Assembly: GCA_913056285.1 (NCBI GenBank)
Contig: CAJXNE010000001.1
Span: forward strand, 1 to 41,909
From: an uncultured Zetaproteobacteria bacterium
Lineage (GTDB): Bacteria > Pseudomonadota > Zetaproteobacteria > Mariprofundales > Mariprofundaceae
Reading direction: 5' to 3'
Length of the DNA: 41,909 nt
Under the pieces are notes generated by a model, which made no database searches, was not told the origin of the DNA, and was given only the letters and a program-made list of their open reading frames with translations. The first letter of the stretch is position 1. The number at the start of each line of letters is the position of its first letter. The position numbers were made by a program, and so were the translations under genes. Shown one piece after another: positions 17,445 to 28,167 of the stretch.

Positions 17445-18646
17445 GCCAACGCATGCAATCAAATCAGGTGCGACTGGAGCAACTCGGCACTTACCCGTTC
17501 GAGCGACTGAAAGCCCTGTTTTCAGGGCATATTCGCAATATCGATCTCACGCCGATTGATGCTGGCGCTGGCGAGCCGCGCTTGCCACTGCCATCGTTTG
17601 TTGCTGAAACTATCGCGTCAAATCTGGATGGCTTTTCCAAATATCCCTCCACGGTCGGTTCCCCTCAACTGCGACAGGCCATCGCCGACTGGCTGGAAAA
17701 GCGTTATGGCTTGCAGCATGTTGATGCCGCCTCGCAGGTACTCTCGGCCAATGGTACGCGCGAAGCGCTGTTCGCCATTGCCCATGCCCTGATTAATCCT
17801 GAAGCGAATCCGAAGCCCAATGTATTGATGCCCAATCCGATGTATCAGATATATCTGGGAGCGGCGTTGACTGCCGGAGGCAATCCGGTGTTTTTGCCGT
17901 GTACGGCAGACAACAGATTCGCCCCTGACCTGGAAGCCGTGGCCGAGTCGGTATGGCGCAATACCGCGCTGGTTTACGTCTGCTCGCCATCCAATCCGAC
18001 CGGCTGGATTGCCGATGCTGATTATTTCACCCGTCTGCTGGCACTGGCTGATGAACATGATTTTTATATTGTTTCGGATGAATGTTATTCAGAAATTTAT
18101 TGGGATGAAAAACCGGTCGGCTTATTGCAAGTGGCCGAATCACTGGGACGGGACGGTTTCAGCCGCTGTCTGGTGATGAACTCCTTATCCAAACGCTCGG
18201 CCTTGCCGGGTATGCGTTCCGGCCTGATTGCCGGCGATGCGCAACTGATTAAACGCTTTGCCAAATTACGCAGCTATACCGGCCCGGCCACACCATTGCC
18301 GCTACAGGCCGTTGCTGCGGCAGCATGGTCGGATGAAACGCATGTGCAAGATCACCTGGCCGTGTATCGCCAAAGCTTGCAGGCATTTTTCGATATTTAT
18401 GGCGGTATTGATGACGGAAAAATCCCTGCCGGTTCGTTCTTCGTCTGGTTACCGGTTGAAGATGACGAAGCGTTTGCCGTCGCCGCATACGAGCAACAGG
18501 CAGTTACGATTCTGCCCGGTTCCTATTTATCAGCAACCGATGCTGATGGAGTCAATCCCGGTTCCGGCTTTATTCGCGCCGCACTGGTCGATGGACCGGA
18601 GCGTGCAGCAGAACTTGCGCGCAGGCTCTGCGCCGTCAGGATTTAA
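17441..18646 (+). CDS. dapC: N-succinyldiaminopimelate aminotransferase
   Basis: YPFERL, NGTREALF, CSPSNPTG, SDECYSE and SLSKRS..PGMRSG motifs; clustered with dapD. Confidence 0.88.
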   Translation: MSQRMQSNQVRLEQLGTYPFERLKALFSGHIRNIDLTPIDAGAGEPRLPLPSFVAETIASNLDGFSKYPSTVGSPQLRQAIADWLEKRYGLQHVDAASQVLSANGTREALFAIAHALINPEANPKPNVLMPNPMYQIYLGAALTAGGNPVFLPCTADNRFAPDLEAVAESVWRNTALVYVCSPSNPTGWIADADYFTRLLALADEHDFYIVSDECYSEIYWDEKPVGLLQVAESLGRDGFSRCLVMNSLSKRSALPGMRSGLIAGDAQLIKRFAKLRSYTGPATPLPLQAVAAAAWSDETHVQDHLAVYRQSLQAFFDIYGGIDDGKIPAGSFFVWLPVEDDEAFAVAAYEQQAVTILPGSYLSATDADGVNPGSGFIRAALVDGPERAAELARRLCAVRI

Positions 18647-18648
18647 TC

Positions 18649-19848
18649 ATGCAAATACCCTCCGCTGTTGAACAAAAGCTACGCCAACTGGCCAAGCATG
18701 GCGCAACGCTGAATTGTTATATCTATGATACTGCGCCAATGCGCAGCAAAATCGCACATCTGACCGAGATTATGCCTGCCGGTGTGGAGGTTTTTTATGC
18801 CATGAAAGCCAATCCGCATGCTTCGTTTCTGAAAGCTGCATTGGAAAGTGGTGCGCGTGGTATCGAAATTGCCAGCCTGGGCGAAGCAGAGAAGGCCATT
18901 GAAGCCGGTTTCTCGCCAGCACAATTGATTTACACCGGACCCGGCAAATCACCGGAAGAACTGGCATGGGCGGTGAGCCACGGCATCCGCACCGTGCATA
19001 TCGAATCGCTGACCGAAGCGCACCGGCTCAACGCCATCGCTGCTGCTGCCGGTCATACGCAGGATATTCTGCTGCGCATCAATGCCGATTTCGATATCCA
19101 TGAAGCACAAACCACCTTCTCGGGCGGCTCTAAAAAATTCGGCGTCGATGAAGAACAACTGGATCATATTTTGCCTCAGATACTGGCTTTGGATAGCCTG
19201 AATTTCCGTGGCCTGCATGTCTATGCCGCTTCCGGCGTGCTCAATGTCGCCGACCTGCTGAAAAACTGCGAACTGGTGTTCGGCATGGCGCAGCATATCG
19301 AGCAAACATACAACGGTGCGGTTTGCGATACGATTGATTTCGGCGGTGGCTTCGGCGTCGATTATCTGGAAACAGGGCACGATTTTGATCCGCAGGCTTA
19401 TGCCGATGGGTTAAGCGCCTTGATCAAACGCTATGGTTTTGGCGGTCGCACATTTTTTCTGGAACTGGGCCGCTATCTGGCTGCCGATTCCGGCTGGTTT
19501 TGCACTGAGATTCTCGATATCAAAACATCACGCGGCAAGAAACAGGTCATCTGCGCCGGCGGCATTAATCATTTCCGGCGCCCGGCGGCACTGGCGATTA
19601 ATCACCCGCTGGCGATTGTGCGTATGGGCAAACAAACCCTGTTTGACGGGCAGGAACGTATCGATCATGAATCGGTCTATTTCGGCGGGCCGTTATGCAC
19701 CGGTGCCGATAAACTGGCCAACGATGTTGCTATCGATGCCGCTGATATCGGTGATGTCGCGGTCTTCGGGCTGGCCGGAGCTTACGGTTTAAGCATGTCC
19801 AATCTCGAATTTCTCAGCCATGAGCGACCGGCCGAAATCGTTCTTTAA
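18649..19848 (+). CDS. type III PLP-dependent decarboxylase (LysA-like; possible diaminopimelate decarboxylase)
   Basis: YAMKAN, SKKFG, DFGGGFG, ELGRY, GPLC and GAYG motifs; lies between dapC and dapD. Confidence 0.8.
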   Translation: MQIPSAVEQKLRQLAKHGATLNCYIYDTAPMRSKIAHLTEIMPAGVEVFYAMKANPHASFLKAALESGARGIEIASLGEAEKAIEAGFSPAQLIYTGPGKSPEELAWAVSHGIRTVHIESLTEAHRLNAIAAAAGHTQDILLRINADFDIHEAQTTFSGGSKKFGVDEEQLDHILPQILALDSLNFRGLHVYAASGVLNVADLLKNCELVFGMAQHIEQTYNGAVCDTIDFGGGFGVDYLETGHDFDPQAYADGLSALIKRYGFGGRTFFLELGRYLAADSGWFCTEILDIKTSRGKKQVICAGGINHFRRPAALAINHPLAIVRMGKQTLFDGQERIDHESVYFGGPLCTGADKLANDVAIDAADIGDVAVFGLAGAYGLSMSNLEFLSHERPAEIVL

Positions 19849-19948
19849 TCAACAGCTCCGGCATTACCCGTCTGATGCCGCATTCGTGCTGGATTGCAGA
19901 CCTCGGGATGGTATCATTCATCAATAGTGCGAGACAGGGAGTTTATGC

Positions 19949-20770
19949 ATGAATCATTTACAGAACACCATTGAAAGCGCCTGGAATAGCAGATCGGAAT
20001 GGGATTTTCATTCGGCCAATGCCGAAACCCGCGATGCAGTAGAACACACTATTCAGTTGCTCGACGACGGCGGCGTGCGCGTGGCTGAAAGAGGTGCTGA
20101 TGGCAACTGGGCGACGCAGGAATGGCTGAAGAAAGCCGTGCTGCTGTATTTCAAGCTACATGACAATCAGGTCATCAGCGGCGGCGATACGAATTATTAT
20201 GATAAAGTGCCGCAGAAATTCGCCACCTGGGGCGAGGATATGTTCCGCAAGGGCGGCATGCGCGTGGTGCCGTCGGCGACAGTGCGCAAAGGTGCGTTTA
20301 TTGCGCCGAAAGTGGTGCTGATGCCGTCCTATGTGAATATCGGTGCTTATGTCGATGAGGGTACGATGGTTGATACCTGGAGTACAGTCGGCTCCTGCGC
20401 CCAGATCGGAAAAAACGTGCATCTATCCGGTGGCGTCGGCATCGGTGGTGTACTCGAACCATTGCAAGCCACGCCGACAATCATTGAGGATAATTGCTTT
20501 ATCGGAGCGCGTTCGGAAATTGTCGAAGGCGTCGTTGTACGAGAAGGTGCGGTCATTTCGATGGGCGTTTATATTGGCCAGTCGACGCGTATTTTTGATC
20601 GCGAAACCGGCGAAACCTTATACGGCGAAGTGCCTCCCTATTCGGTAGTGGTATCGGGCTCTATGCCCGGAAAATCCGGCGGCCCGAATTTATACTGCGC
20701 GGTCATCGTCAAGAAAGTGGATCAAAAAACACGCGCCAAAACCGCCATTACAGAACTACTGCGCGAATAG
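19949..20770 (+). CDS. dapD: tetrahydrodipicolinate N-succinyltransferase
   Basis: [21 protein letters not shown] and [17 protein letters not shown] motifs; GGAG RBS. Confidence 0.98.
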   Translation: MNHLQNTIESAWNSRSEWDFHSANAETRDAVEHTIQLLDDGGVRVAERGADGNWATQEWLKKAVLLYFKLHDNQVISGGDTNYYDKVPQKFATWGEDMFRKGGMRVVPSATVRKGAFIAPKVVLMPSYVNIGAYVDEGTMVDTWSTVGSCAQIGKNVHLSGGVGIGGVLEPLQATPTIIEDNCFIGARSEIVEGVVVREGAVISMGVYIGQSTRIFDRETGETLYGEVPPYSVVVSGSMPGKSGGPNLYCAVIVKKVDQKTRAKTAITELLRE

Positions 20771-20825
20771 AACTGTACTACAATTTAGTCGCGCATAGCA
20801 AAACAATCACCAAAGGGGAGGCAAT

Positions 20826-21275
20826 ATGCCACTAAGCAAACTGGAAGCCAGTATAGAAATCAGTCGACCGATTGCAGAAGTTATCGCGTTTGTCGATGAC
20901 AATAGTAACGATCCGATGTGGCAGACATCGGTGCTGGAGTCGGAAAAGAAAACCGATGGCCCGGCCGCTGTTGGCACGATTTATCACATCAAGGAAAAAT
21001 TTCTCGGTCGTGTGATTGAGCAGGACTGGGAAGTCACCGCTCGCAATGAAGATGGCAGCACGTGGTCAGCCAAGAGCCTGTCCGGCCCATTTCCGATGGA
21101 AGCCACCATGGCATTTGAAACGTGTGGTGATCAGTGCACCCGCGTCAGCCGAAGCCTGAGCATTGATGTCGGTCGCTTCTTCAAAGCGGCATCACCGGTA
21201 GTCGGTCATATCGCCAAGCGAGAGATGGACACGGATTTTGCCAACCTCAAGGAACTGCTCGAAGCAGCGGCCTAG
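20826..21275 (+). CDS. SRPBCC (polyketide cyclase/START-like) protein
   Basis: ASIEISRPIAEV.AFVDD..N.P.W start and ANLKELLE end; GGAGG RBS. Confidence 0.85.
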   Translation: MPLSKLEASIEISRPIAEVIAFVDDNSNDPMWQTSVLESEKKTDGPAAVGTIYHIKEKFLGRVIEQDWEVTARNEDGSTWSAKSLSGPFPMEATMAFETCGDQCTRVSRSLSIDVGRFFKAASPVVGHIAKREMDTDFANLKELLEAAA

Positions 21276-21283
21276 TTCATACT

Positions 21284-21310
21284 CGTCAGGGCCTGCTTCG
21301 GGCCCTGACG
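21284..21310. terminator. stem-loop after the SRPBCC gene
   Basis: Perfect 10-bp stem cgtcagggcc/ggccctgacg, but no real U-tract. Confidence 0.45.
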
Positions 21311-21430
21311 GTTCCGGCATCATTCCGGCATAAACAAATTTTAACCTTTCAGCCATCATGTTTTTACAGTTTTCAGGGCAGGCTTCGCGCCGTTTTTTTA
21401 TAATCGGATCGAAAATAAGGAGATAGACAG

Positions 21431-22495
21431 ATGCGAAAAATCATCCTGCTTGTGGCTGCATTGACGGCTATGACGCCGCTCACCCAGGCTAATGAAATGC
21501 TGGATTGGCTTAATGAACATGCAGCCGGCATTGCTCCCGGAGTCGGTCATTCAAAGGCAGTTGTCGCAGCAGATTCAGCAATGCTATTAACACTGGAAAA
21601 CAAGCAAAGCGAAATGTATCCGCAGCCCTCTCCGGATGGTCGCTACCTGCTGAACGTAAGCTGGAAAGGGAAAGATGCATGGATTTCCCGTCGCTATAGT
21701 GAAAATGGCGACCCGGCCAACCGCGTCAGCTCCGATGAAAGAGCGCTGGATTCCATTCACTGGAAAAATAATGACAAGGTTTATTACCTGTCCGGTCGAG
21801 CTGGCGGGTTGGGTTTGTGGGAAAAAATATCAGATGGCGAAGGTATGCAACGGCGAATTCAGCGGCTTTCCGGTATTATTACCCAACCCATTCTGTTGCG
21901 CGATGACACGATCATTGCAACGCGCTTGAAACCCATCAGCCGAAAAAGCAAACATTCAAGCCATCGTAACCATGATGATTTCAACAACTGGACGTTCCCG
22001 GGTTATATTGCCGAAATCGTCCGCTTTGATAAAGATGGGAGCGTTCATAGCCTGGCTGATGGTGTCAACCCAGCTCTGTCGCCTGATGGTAAATGGATCG
22101 TTTTCGCCATGCCGACAGGTCGCAGCGTTCACCTGTTCCGTATGCGCACTGACGGTTCCGACCTGATCCAGATTACCGATGCCCGCAGCATTGACGTGCA
22201 GCCATCCTGGAGCAACGATGGTAAATCCATTTTATTCACCTCCAATCGCGCCAATAACGATCTTCGACATCCGGAAAAATCAGGCTGGGATATCTGGTCT
22301 ATTGGCATTGATGGACGCAACCTGATTCAGGTCACCTTTGATAAAGCGCGCGATGGCGGTGCCAGAATGGGTGGCGACGGACGTATTTACTTTCATTCCA
22401 ATCGCGCCATCACCAAAGCCATGCTGACCGAACATCAAATGAAATCAGGCTCTTCACACGGCTATCACATCTGGACCATTAACTCCCCGCAATAA
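21431..22495 (+). CDS. exported TolB-like (PD40) beta-propeller protein
   Basis: Signal peptide; repeated PQPSPDG, PALSPDG and PSWSNDG..ILFTSNR motifs. Confidence 0.85.
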   Translation: MRKIILLVAALTAMTPLTQANEMLDWLNEHAAGIAPGVGHSKAVVAADSAMLLTLENKQSEMYPQPSPDGRYLLNVSWKGKDAWISRRYSENGDPANRVSSDERALDSIHWKNNDKVYYLSGRAGGLGLWEKISDGEGMQRRIQRLSGIITQPILLRDDTIIATRLKPISRKSKHSSHRNHDDFNNWTFPGYIAEIVRFDKDGSVHSLADGVNPALSPDGKWIVFAMPTGRSVHLFRMRTDGSDLIQITDARSIDVQPSWSNDGKSILFTSNRANNDLRHPEKSGWDIWSIGIDGRNLIQVTFDKARDGGARMGGDGRIYFHSNRAITKAMLTEHQMKSGSSHGYHIWTINSPQ

Positions 22496-22501
22496 CTTTT
22501 A

Positions 22502-22918
22502 TTAAAAAAGCCCTTGAGAGGGGGCTTTATTTATTGCCGCCGCAAGTAAGTTGACCAAATCGTCATTGGCTTGGGGCATCGCGTAATTCGACAAATCATC
22601 CGTATTGGCCCAGACATGCTCAGATTCAGTATTTAGCTGGGCGAGATTGTCGCAAAGGCAGGCAAACAGATTAAAATGCAGCAGGCGATCAGGGTATGCG
22701 AAGTTGCTTTGGCCGATGAAGCGCCAGCCATGCGCACTCATCCCTGTTTCCTCTTTCAACTCGCGCATAGCCGCTTGTTGCGCTTGTTCTCCGCCTTCAA
22801 CTTTACCACCGGGGAAGGACCATAAGCCGCTGCAATGCTGGTGTTCACCCCTTTTCAGCAGCAGCAGATGCCCCTGTTCATCAAAGGGGGCGACCAGCGC
22901 AATGGTTTGTTCCTTCAG
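22502..22918 (-). CDS. mutT: MutT-like NUDIX hydrolase (probable CTG start)
   Basis: The frame stays open 50 codons upstream of the track's Met and gives GLWSFPGGKVEGGEQAQQAAMRELKEETG, a complete Nudix box; secA-argJ-mutT gene order. Confidence 0.88.
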   Translation of the reverse strand: MKEQTIALVAPFDEQGHLLLLKRGEHQHCSGLWSFPGGKVEGGEQAQQAAMRELKEETGMSAHGWRFIGQSNFAYPDRLLHFNLFACLCDNLAQLNTESEHVWANTDDLSNYAMPQANDDLVNLLAAAINKAPSQGLF

Positions 22919-24120
22919 GTGCGATACTCCGCATTGATCGTGATATATTCATGGGTAAGATCGCCTGTCCAGATGGTCGCTTCGGAATCGCCCATGCCAA
23001 GATTCAGGCAGATCGAAAATTCAGATTGCGCGAATACGGCCATGCCCGCTTCATCACAATAATCCGGGTGTAGCTGGCCATTTTCCATCATCATTACATC
23101 ATCACAGGACAGGGAAATTCGATCTGCATCGAAAGCGATGCCGGCATTGCCGGCAGCTGCCACAATGCGCCCCCAGTTGGCATCGGAGCCGGCAAAAGCA
23201 GTCTTAACAAGTGGTGATACCGCAATAGTTCGACCCACCTGGTACGCATCTTTTTCCGAAGCTGCCCCTTTAATTTGAATGGTGACAAACTTACTCACAC
23301 CCTCACCGTCGCGCACAATCATCTGCGCCAGTTCAATACATAAGCTGGTCAAAGCAGCTTCAAATTCAGCAACATCCTGTATCGGCGCATGGCCAAGTCC
23401 CAGACCACTGGCCAGCAGATATACGGTATCATTGGTAGATGTATCGCCATCAACACTGATGGCATTAAACGACTGCCTGACTACGCGTTTAAGCATCGGT
23501 TGCATCTGATCGCGTGATAGCGGCGCATCGGTTGCAATGAAACCGAGCATGGTTGCCATATTCGGATGAATCATACCACTGCCCTTGGCAATGCCGGTCA
23601 TGGTGAAATCGCCAACACGACGCGAAGCCCATTTGGCATACGTATCGGTGGTTCGAATCGCATTGGCCGCACCCTGCCAGTCCGCTTCACAGGTCGAGGC
23701 TGCGCGGATGCCGGACTCGATGCGTTCAATCGGAAACGGCGTGCCGATGACGCCGGTGGAAGCAGACAGTAATTGTTCCGGTGCCACAGCAAGCGATTCA
23801 GCCGTCGCAGCGATCATCATTTGAGCCCATTCAGCCTCGCGAATGCCGGTGCCGGCATTGGCATTGCCGCTATTTGCGACGATACCGCGAATATCAGAAC
23901 CATGTTCGTGGATGGCTTTTTCGCCAAGGTCCACACAAGCGGCCCGCAGGCGATTCTGCGTGAATGTGCCTGCGGCATGGCAATCCACATCCGCAGCAAT
24001 GATGGTCAAATCAGTGCGTTTCCCCTTCAACTCCGGCGCTTTGACGCCGCATGACGCCGTGCCAATCCTGAAGCCGGGAACATGAAGTGCAGCATCCAAC
24101 TCAGGCGGATTGACGGCCAT
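22915..24120 (-). CDS. argJ: ornithine acetyltransferase / N-acetylglutamate synthase
   Basis: NSGNANA, KGSGMIHPNMATML, DGDTSTND, DGEG and C-terminal INAEYRT. Confidence 0.97.
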   Translation of the reverse strand: MAVNPPELDAALHVPGFRIGTASCGVKAPELKGKRTDLTIIAADVDCHAAGTFTQNRLRAACVDLGEKAIHEHGSDIRGIVANSGNANAGTGIREAEWAQMMIAATAESLAVAPEQLLSASTGVIGTPFPIERIESGIRAASTCEADWQGAANAIRTTDTYAKWASRRVGDFTMTGIAKGSGMIHPNMATMLGFIATDAPLSRDQMQPMLKRVVRQSFNAISVDGDTSTNDTVYLLASGLGLGHAPIQDVAEFEAALTSLCIELAQMIVRDGEGVSKFVTIQIKGAASEKDAYQVGRTIAVSPLVKTAFAGSDANWGRIVAAAGNAGIAFDADRISLSCDDVMMMENGQLHPDYCDEAGMAVFAQSEFSICLNLGMGDSEATIWTGDLTHEYITINAEYRT

Positions 24121-26774
24121 CAGTTACGTTTCCCGTGGCACTGTTTGTATTTTTTACCGGAACCGCACGGGCACGGATCATTACGCCCTACTTTCGGCTG
24201 TTCACGCTTATACGTTTGTTGTGGCTCCTGCGGCTCATCGTCTTCGCCGAGGTTATAGCTGACCGCAGTCTCCTGCTTTGGCGCCTCGATGACAGGAGCG
24301 GGCTCTTCCACTTCCACCTGTACCCGGTGCAGCGCAATCATGGTTTCTTCGCGTACCTTGCCGAGCATGCCCTCAAACAGTTCGAATGATTCGCGCTTAT
24401 ACTCCTGAATCGGCTGTTTCTGGGCATAACCGCGCAAACCTACACTCTGGCGCAAATGATCCATGGCCAGCAAATGCTCTTTCCAGTGGTGATCGAGAAT
24501 TTGCAGAATCAGGTATTTCTCGAAGTTGCGCATTTGTTCGGCGCCGGTAATGGCTTCCTTGGCCGCCATATGCGCCTTTAATCCCTCAAGAATTTGCGCG
24601 CCCATATCATCACTGCTTTCCACCGCATCGCTATCCATCCACGATTTCGGATCAGCTTCGATACTCAAACGCTCTTTCAGCGCCTCGCGCAATTCATCCA
24701 GCCGCCATTCTTCCGGGTGGCCTTCGACAAACTCATGCGCCAGACGGTCGGCATAATCGCTCTGCATATCTTCAATCACATCATGCACATCTTCGGCTTC
24801 AAGCAGTTCACGGCGCTGGGAATAAACCACATCACGCTGCTGGTTCATTACATCATCGTATTCAAGCAACTGCTTGCGTATATCGAAGTTACGACCCTCC
24901 ACTTTCTTCTGCGAATTTTCGATAGCCTTGGTCACCCACGGGTGTTCAATGGCTTCGCCTTTTTCAAAGCCCATCTTGGTCAGCATGGATTGCATCTTTT
25001 CGCCGCCGAAAATGCGCATCAGATCATCTTCCAGCGACAGATAAAAACGCGTCACGCCCGGATCGCCCTGACGACCGGAACGGCCGCGCAACTGATTATC
25101 AATACGGCGTGACTCATGCCGTTCGGTGCCGAGAATATGCAGGCCGCCCGCCTCAACCACTTCGAGATGTTCAGCCTGACAGGCTGCTTTGATTTCTGCT
25201 GCTTTCGTTTCACGATCAGGGCCGGAAATCTTGCCCGGCAACTGAGCGATCAACATGTCCGGATTACCACCCAGCATGATGTCGGTGCCACGTCCGGCCA
25301 TATTCGTGGCGATGGTGACGGCATGTTTGCGTCCGGCCTGCGCCACGATATCCGCTTCGCGCTCGTGATGTTTGGCATTCAACACTTCGTGCTTAATGCC
25401 CTTTTTCTTCATCTGCCCGGACAGGTATTCGGATTTCTCAATGGAAACCGTACCGACCAGCACCGGTGCGCCGGTTTTGTGCGCCACTTCGATATCATGG
25501 ATAATGGCTTCGTATTTATCTTCAGCGTCCCGGTAAATAAGGTCGGGCAGGTCTTTGCGGATCATGTCCTGATTGGTCGGCACAATAACCACTTCCAGCT
25601 TGTAGATTTTTTCAAATTCCTCAGCTTCGGTATCAGCCGTGCCGGTCATACCGGACAGTTTATCGTACATGCGGAAATAGTTCTGGAAGGTGATGGAAGC
25701 CAAAGTCTGGTTTTCCGGTTGAACCGTGACCCCTTCCTTGGCTTCCAGGGCTTGATGCTGACCATCGGAATAACGCCGCCCCGGCATCATACGACCGGTG
25801 AATTCATCAATAATAATCACTTCATCATCACGCACGATATAATCCACTTCGCGTGTAAACAGCGTATTGGCGCGCAACGACTGGGTAGCGGCATGCATCA
25901 GATTAACATTTTCAGGGTCGTACAGATTACCTTCTTGCAGCAGGCCAGCCTCACGAAACAATGCTTCGACATGATCATTTCCGGCTTCGGTCAAGGAAAC
26001 CGCCTTGTCTTTTTCATCCTTGTCGTAATCTTCTTCGTTTAGCTGTTTGATCAGGGCATCGGCCTGCTGATATAGCTCGGTGGCTTGCTCGGCCGGGCCG
26101 GAAATAATCAAGGGCGTACGCGCCTCATCGACCAGAATCGAATCGACCTCATCGACAATGGCATAATGGTGTCCACGCTGCACCAGCTCTTCGCTGGCAA
26201 ACGCCATATTGTCGCGTAGATAATCAAAACCAAATTCATTATTGGTGCCGTAAGTGACGTCACAAGCGTATGCATCGCGCCGTTCATCATTGCTAATACC
26301 ATGCACGATCACGCCGGTGGATAGCCCGAGAAAACCGTATAACTGGCCCATATATTCGGCATCGCGGCTGGCCAGGTAATCATTCACTGTCACCACATGC
26401 GCGCCTTTGCCGGACAAAGCATTAAGATAAACCGACAACGTCGCTGTCAGCGTTTTACCTTCGCCGGTTTTCATTTCTGAAATTTTGCCCTGATGCAGAA
26501 TCAGACCGCCGATTAACTGCACGTCGAAATGGCGCATGCCCAGCACGCGTAGGGACGCCTCGCGCACCACGGCGAAGGCTTCGGGTAGCAGATCATCTTC
26601 TGTTTCACCCTGTTGGAGGCGTTGGCGGAATGCATCCGTTTTGGCTGCCAGCGCCTCATCACTGAGCGCTTGTATATCTGCTTCCAGCGCATTGATTTGA
26701 TGGGCGATGGGCCACAATTGTTTGAGCAAACGGTCATTGCGGCTGCCGAACAGCTTGGTAAGGGCTTTTAACAT
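24120..26774 (-). CDS. secA: preprotein translocase ATPase
   Basis: [28 protein letters not shown] and SEC-C motif [19 protein letters not shown]; start [13 protein letters not shown] with a GGAG RBS. Confidence 0.98.
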   Translation of the reverse strand: MLKALTKLFGSRNDRLLKQLWPIAHQINALEADIQALSDEALAAKTDAFRQRLQQGETEDDLLPEAFAVVREASLRVLGMRHFDVQLIGGLILHQGKISEMKTGEGKTLTATLSVYLNALSGKGAHVVTVNDYLASRDAEYMGQLYGFLGLSTGVIVHGISNDERRDAYACDVTYGTNNEFGFDYLRDNMAFASEELVQRGHHYAIVDEVDSILVDEARTPLIISGPAEQATELYQQADALIKQLNEEDYDKDEKDKAVSLTEAGNDHVEALFREAGLLQEGNLYDPENVNLMHAATQSLRANTLFTREVDYIVRDDEVIIIDEFTGRMMPGRRYSDGQHQALEAKEGVTVQPENQTLASITFQNYFRMYDKLSGMTGTADTEAEEFEKIYKLEVVIVPTNQDMIRKDLPDLIYRDAEDKYEAIIHDIEVAHKTGAPVLVGTVSIEKSEYLSGQMKKKGIKHEVLNAKHHEREADIVAQAGRKHAVTIATNMAGRGTDIMLGGNPDMLIAQLPGKISGPDRETKAAEIKAACQAEHLEVVEAGGLHILGTERHESRRIDNQLRGRSGRQGDPGVTRFYLSLEDDLMRIFGGEKMQSMLTKMGFEKGEAIEHPWVTKAIENSQKKVEGRNFDIRKQLLEYDDVMNQQRDVVYSQRRELLEAEDVHDVIEDMQSDYADRLAHEFVEGHPEEWRLDELREALKERLSIEADPKSWMDSDAVESSDDMGAQILEGLKAHMAAKEAITGAEQMRNFEKYLILQILDHHWKEHLLAMDHLRQSVGLRGYAQKQPIQEYKRESFELFEGMLGKVREETMIALHRVQVEVEEPAPVIEAPKQETAVSYNLGEDDEPQEPQQTYKREQPKVGRNDPCPCGSGKKYKQCHGKRN

Positions 26775-26903
26775 GGGGTTAGAACTCCAGCGGAATTTGA
26801 AGCTGCGCAAGCTAGCATGCAGTGCGACACGCACCAAGTAGGCTTTGAGACAGTCGCCCCGGAGTCTACTGCCTTTACGCCATGATGATGAGCGCCTTGA
26901 GCA

Positions 26904-28043
26904 TTATCGCAGAAAATCGCCAATTCGTTGTACGCCTGTCCGGATATCATCCAATCCGGTGGCGTAGGAAAAGCGAACGTGTTCTGCCGCCTTGAATACG
27001 CCAAAATCCTCACCGGGCGTAATGGCGACGCCGGCCTGCTCCAGCAGTTCCCAACAAAAGGCTCTGGCATCCGGCGTGATCTTTGCAACATTGGCATAGA
27101 TATAAAATGCTCCCTGCGGCTCTATCACAATATCGAAACCGAGTTCGGGCAAAGCATTCAGCAAATAATGACGCCGCTCATTATAGGCCAGGCGCATGCT
27201 CTCCACTGCATCATCCGCCCTTAATGCGGCAATGGCGGCATGCTGGGACAAGGTCGGCGCGGCAATAAAAATATTCTGCATCACCCGGCGGCAGGCATCG
27301 ATCAGTGTTTCCGGTACAATCATCCAGCCAATACGCCAACCGGTCATGGCCCAGCGCTTGGAAAAACCGTTCACTACAATCGCGTTATCATCAAATTCCA
27401 GCGCACAGCGCGCCTGCCTGCCGTAAGTCAGGCCATGATAAATCTCGTCGGAAATCAGATAACCGCCCAATTCACGGCAGGTTTCGGCCAACGTCGCCAT
27501 GGCCTGATCATCAATCAGGGTGCCGGTCGGGTTGGACGGGTTGATCACAACGGCGGCCCGGCTGTGCGCTTGCCAGTGTCGCCTGATCAGTTCGGCTGAT
27601 AAATGATAACGCGTATCCGGCCCAACCGGAATGTTGATCGGTTCAGCACCATTGAGGCGGATAAAATTGCGCTGGCATGGGTAGCCCGGGTCAGACAATA
27701 GCACCGATTCGCCCGCATCGAGCAGGGCGGCATAAATCAGACTGAACGCGCCGGATGTGCCCGGTGTAATCAGGATACGCTGTGCGTCCACATCAACGTC
27801 GTACTCCTTTTTGTACCAACAGCTGATGGCTTGTTGCAGTACAGGACTGCCGGTCGAAGGTGTATAAAAATTATCGCCGCCATCCAGATGCCGGTGAGCC
27901 GCGTCAATGACAATAGCCGGCGTCGGGAAATCCGGCTCGCCGATTTCCATGTGGATAATCTTGCGCCCCTCCGCCTCCAAAAGCTTGGCGCGCTCCAGCA
28001 ACTGCATGACGCGAAATGGTTCAATTTGATCAATTCTACGCAT
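26904..28043 (-). CDS. class I/II PLP aminotransferase
   Basis: EIGEPDF, NPSNPTG, SDEIY and GFSKRWAMTGWRIG motifs; start at 28043 or 28055. Confidence 0.92.
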   Translation of the reverse strand: MRRIDQIEPFRVMQLLERAKLLEAEGRKIIHMEIGEPDFPTPAIVIDAAHRHLDGGDNFYTPSTGSPVLQQAISCWYKKEYDVDVDAQRILITPGTSGAFSLIYAALLDAGESVLLSDPGYPCQRNFIRLNGAEPINIPVGPDTRYHLSAELIRRHWQAHSRAAVVINPSNPTGTLIDDQAMATLAETCRELGGYLISDEIYHGLTYGRQARCALEFDDNAIVVNGFSKRWAMTGWRIGWMIVPETLIDACRRVMQNIFIAAPTLSQHAAIAALRADDAVESMRLAYNERRHYLLNALPELGFDIVIEPQGAFYIYANVAKITPDARAFCWELLEQAGVAITPGEDFGVFKAAEHVRFSYATGLDDIRTGVQRIGDFLR

Positions 28044-28167
28044 AGGCGCTAGCATACAGGATGTGTTGCACTGATTATAGCGCTAACAGTTTGCATTATT
28101 TTCTGCGATACTGCGCCGCCGCTGACCAATCAGGTTAGCGAATGACAGCTAGAAGGGCATCAGAACC

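Noticed and set aside
19859-19880. Hairpin cggcat...atgccg between the lysA-like gene and dapD
   Set aside because: Short stem and no U-tract; too weak to call a terminator or riboswitch.
25116-26042. 308-aa ORF antisense to secA, and similar shadow ORFs over thyA, M23, hpnA and hpnN
   Set aside because: These lie opposite conserved genes, have no motifs, and are expected from codon bias.
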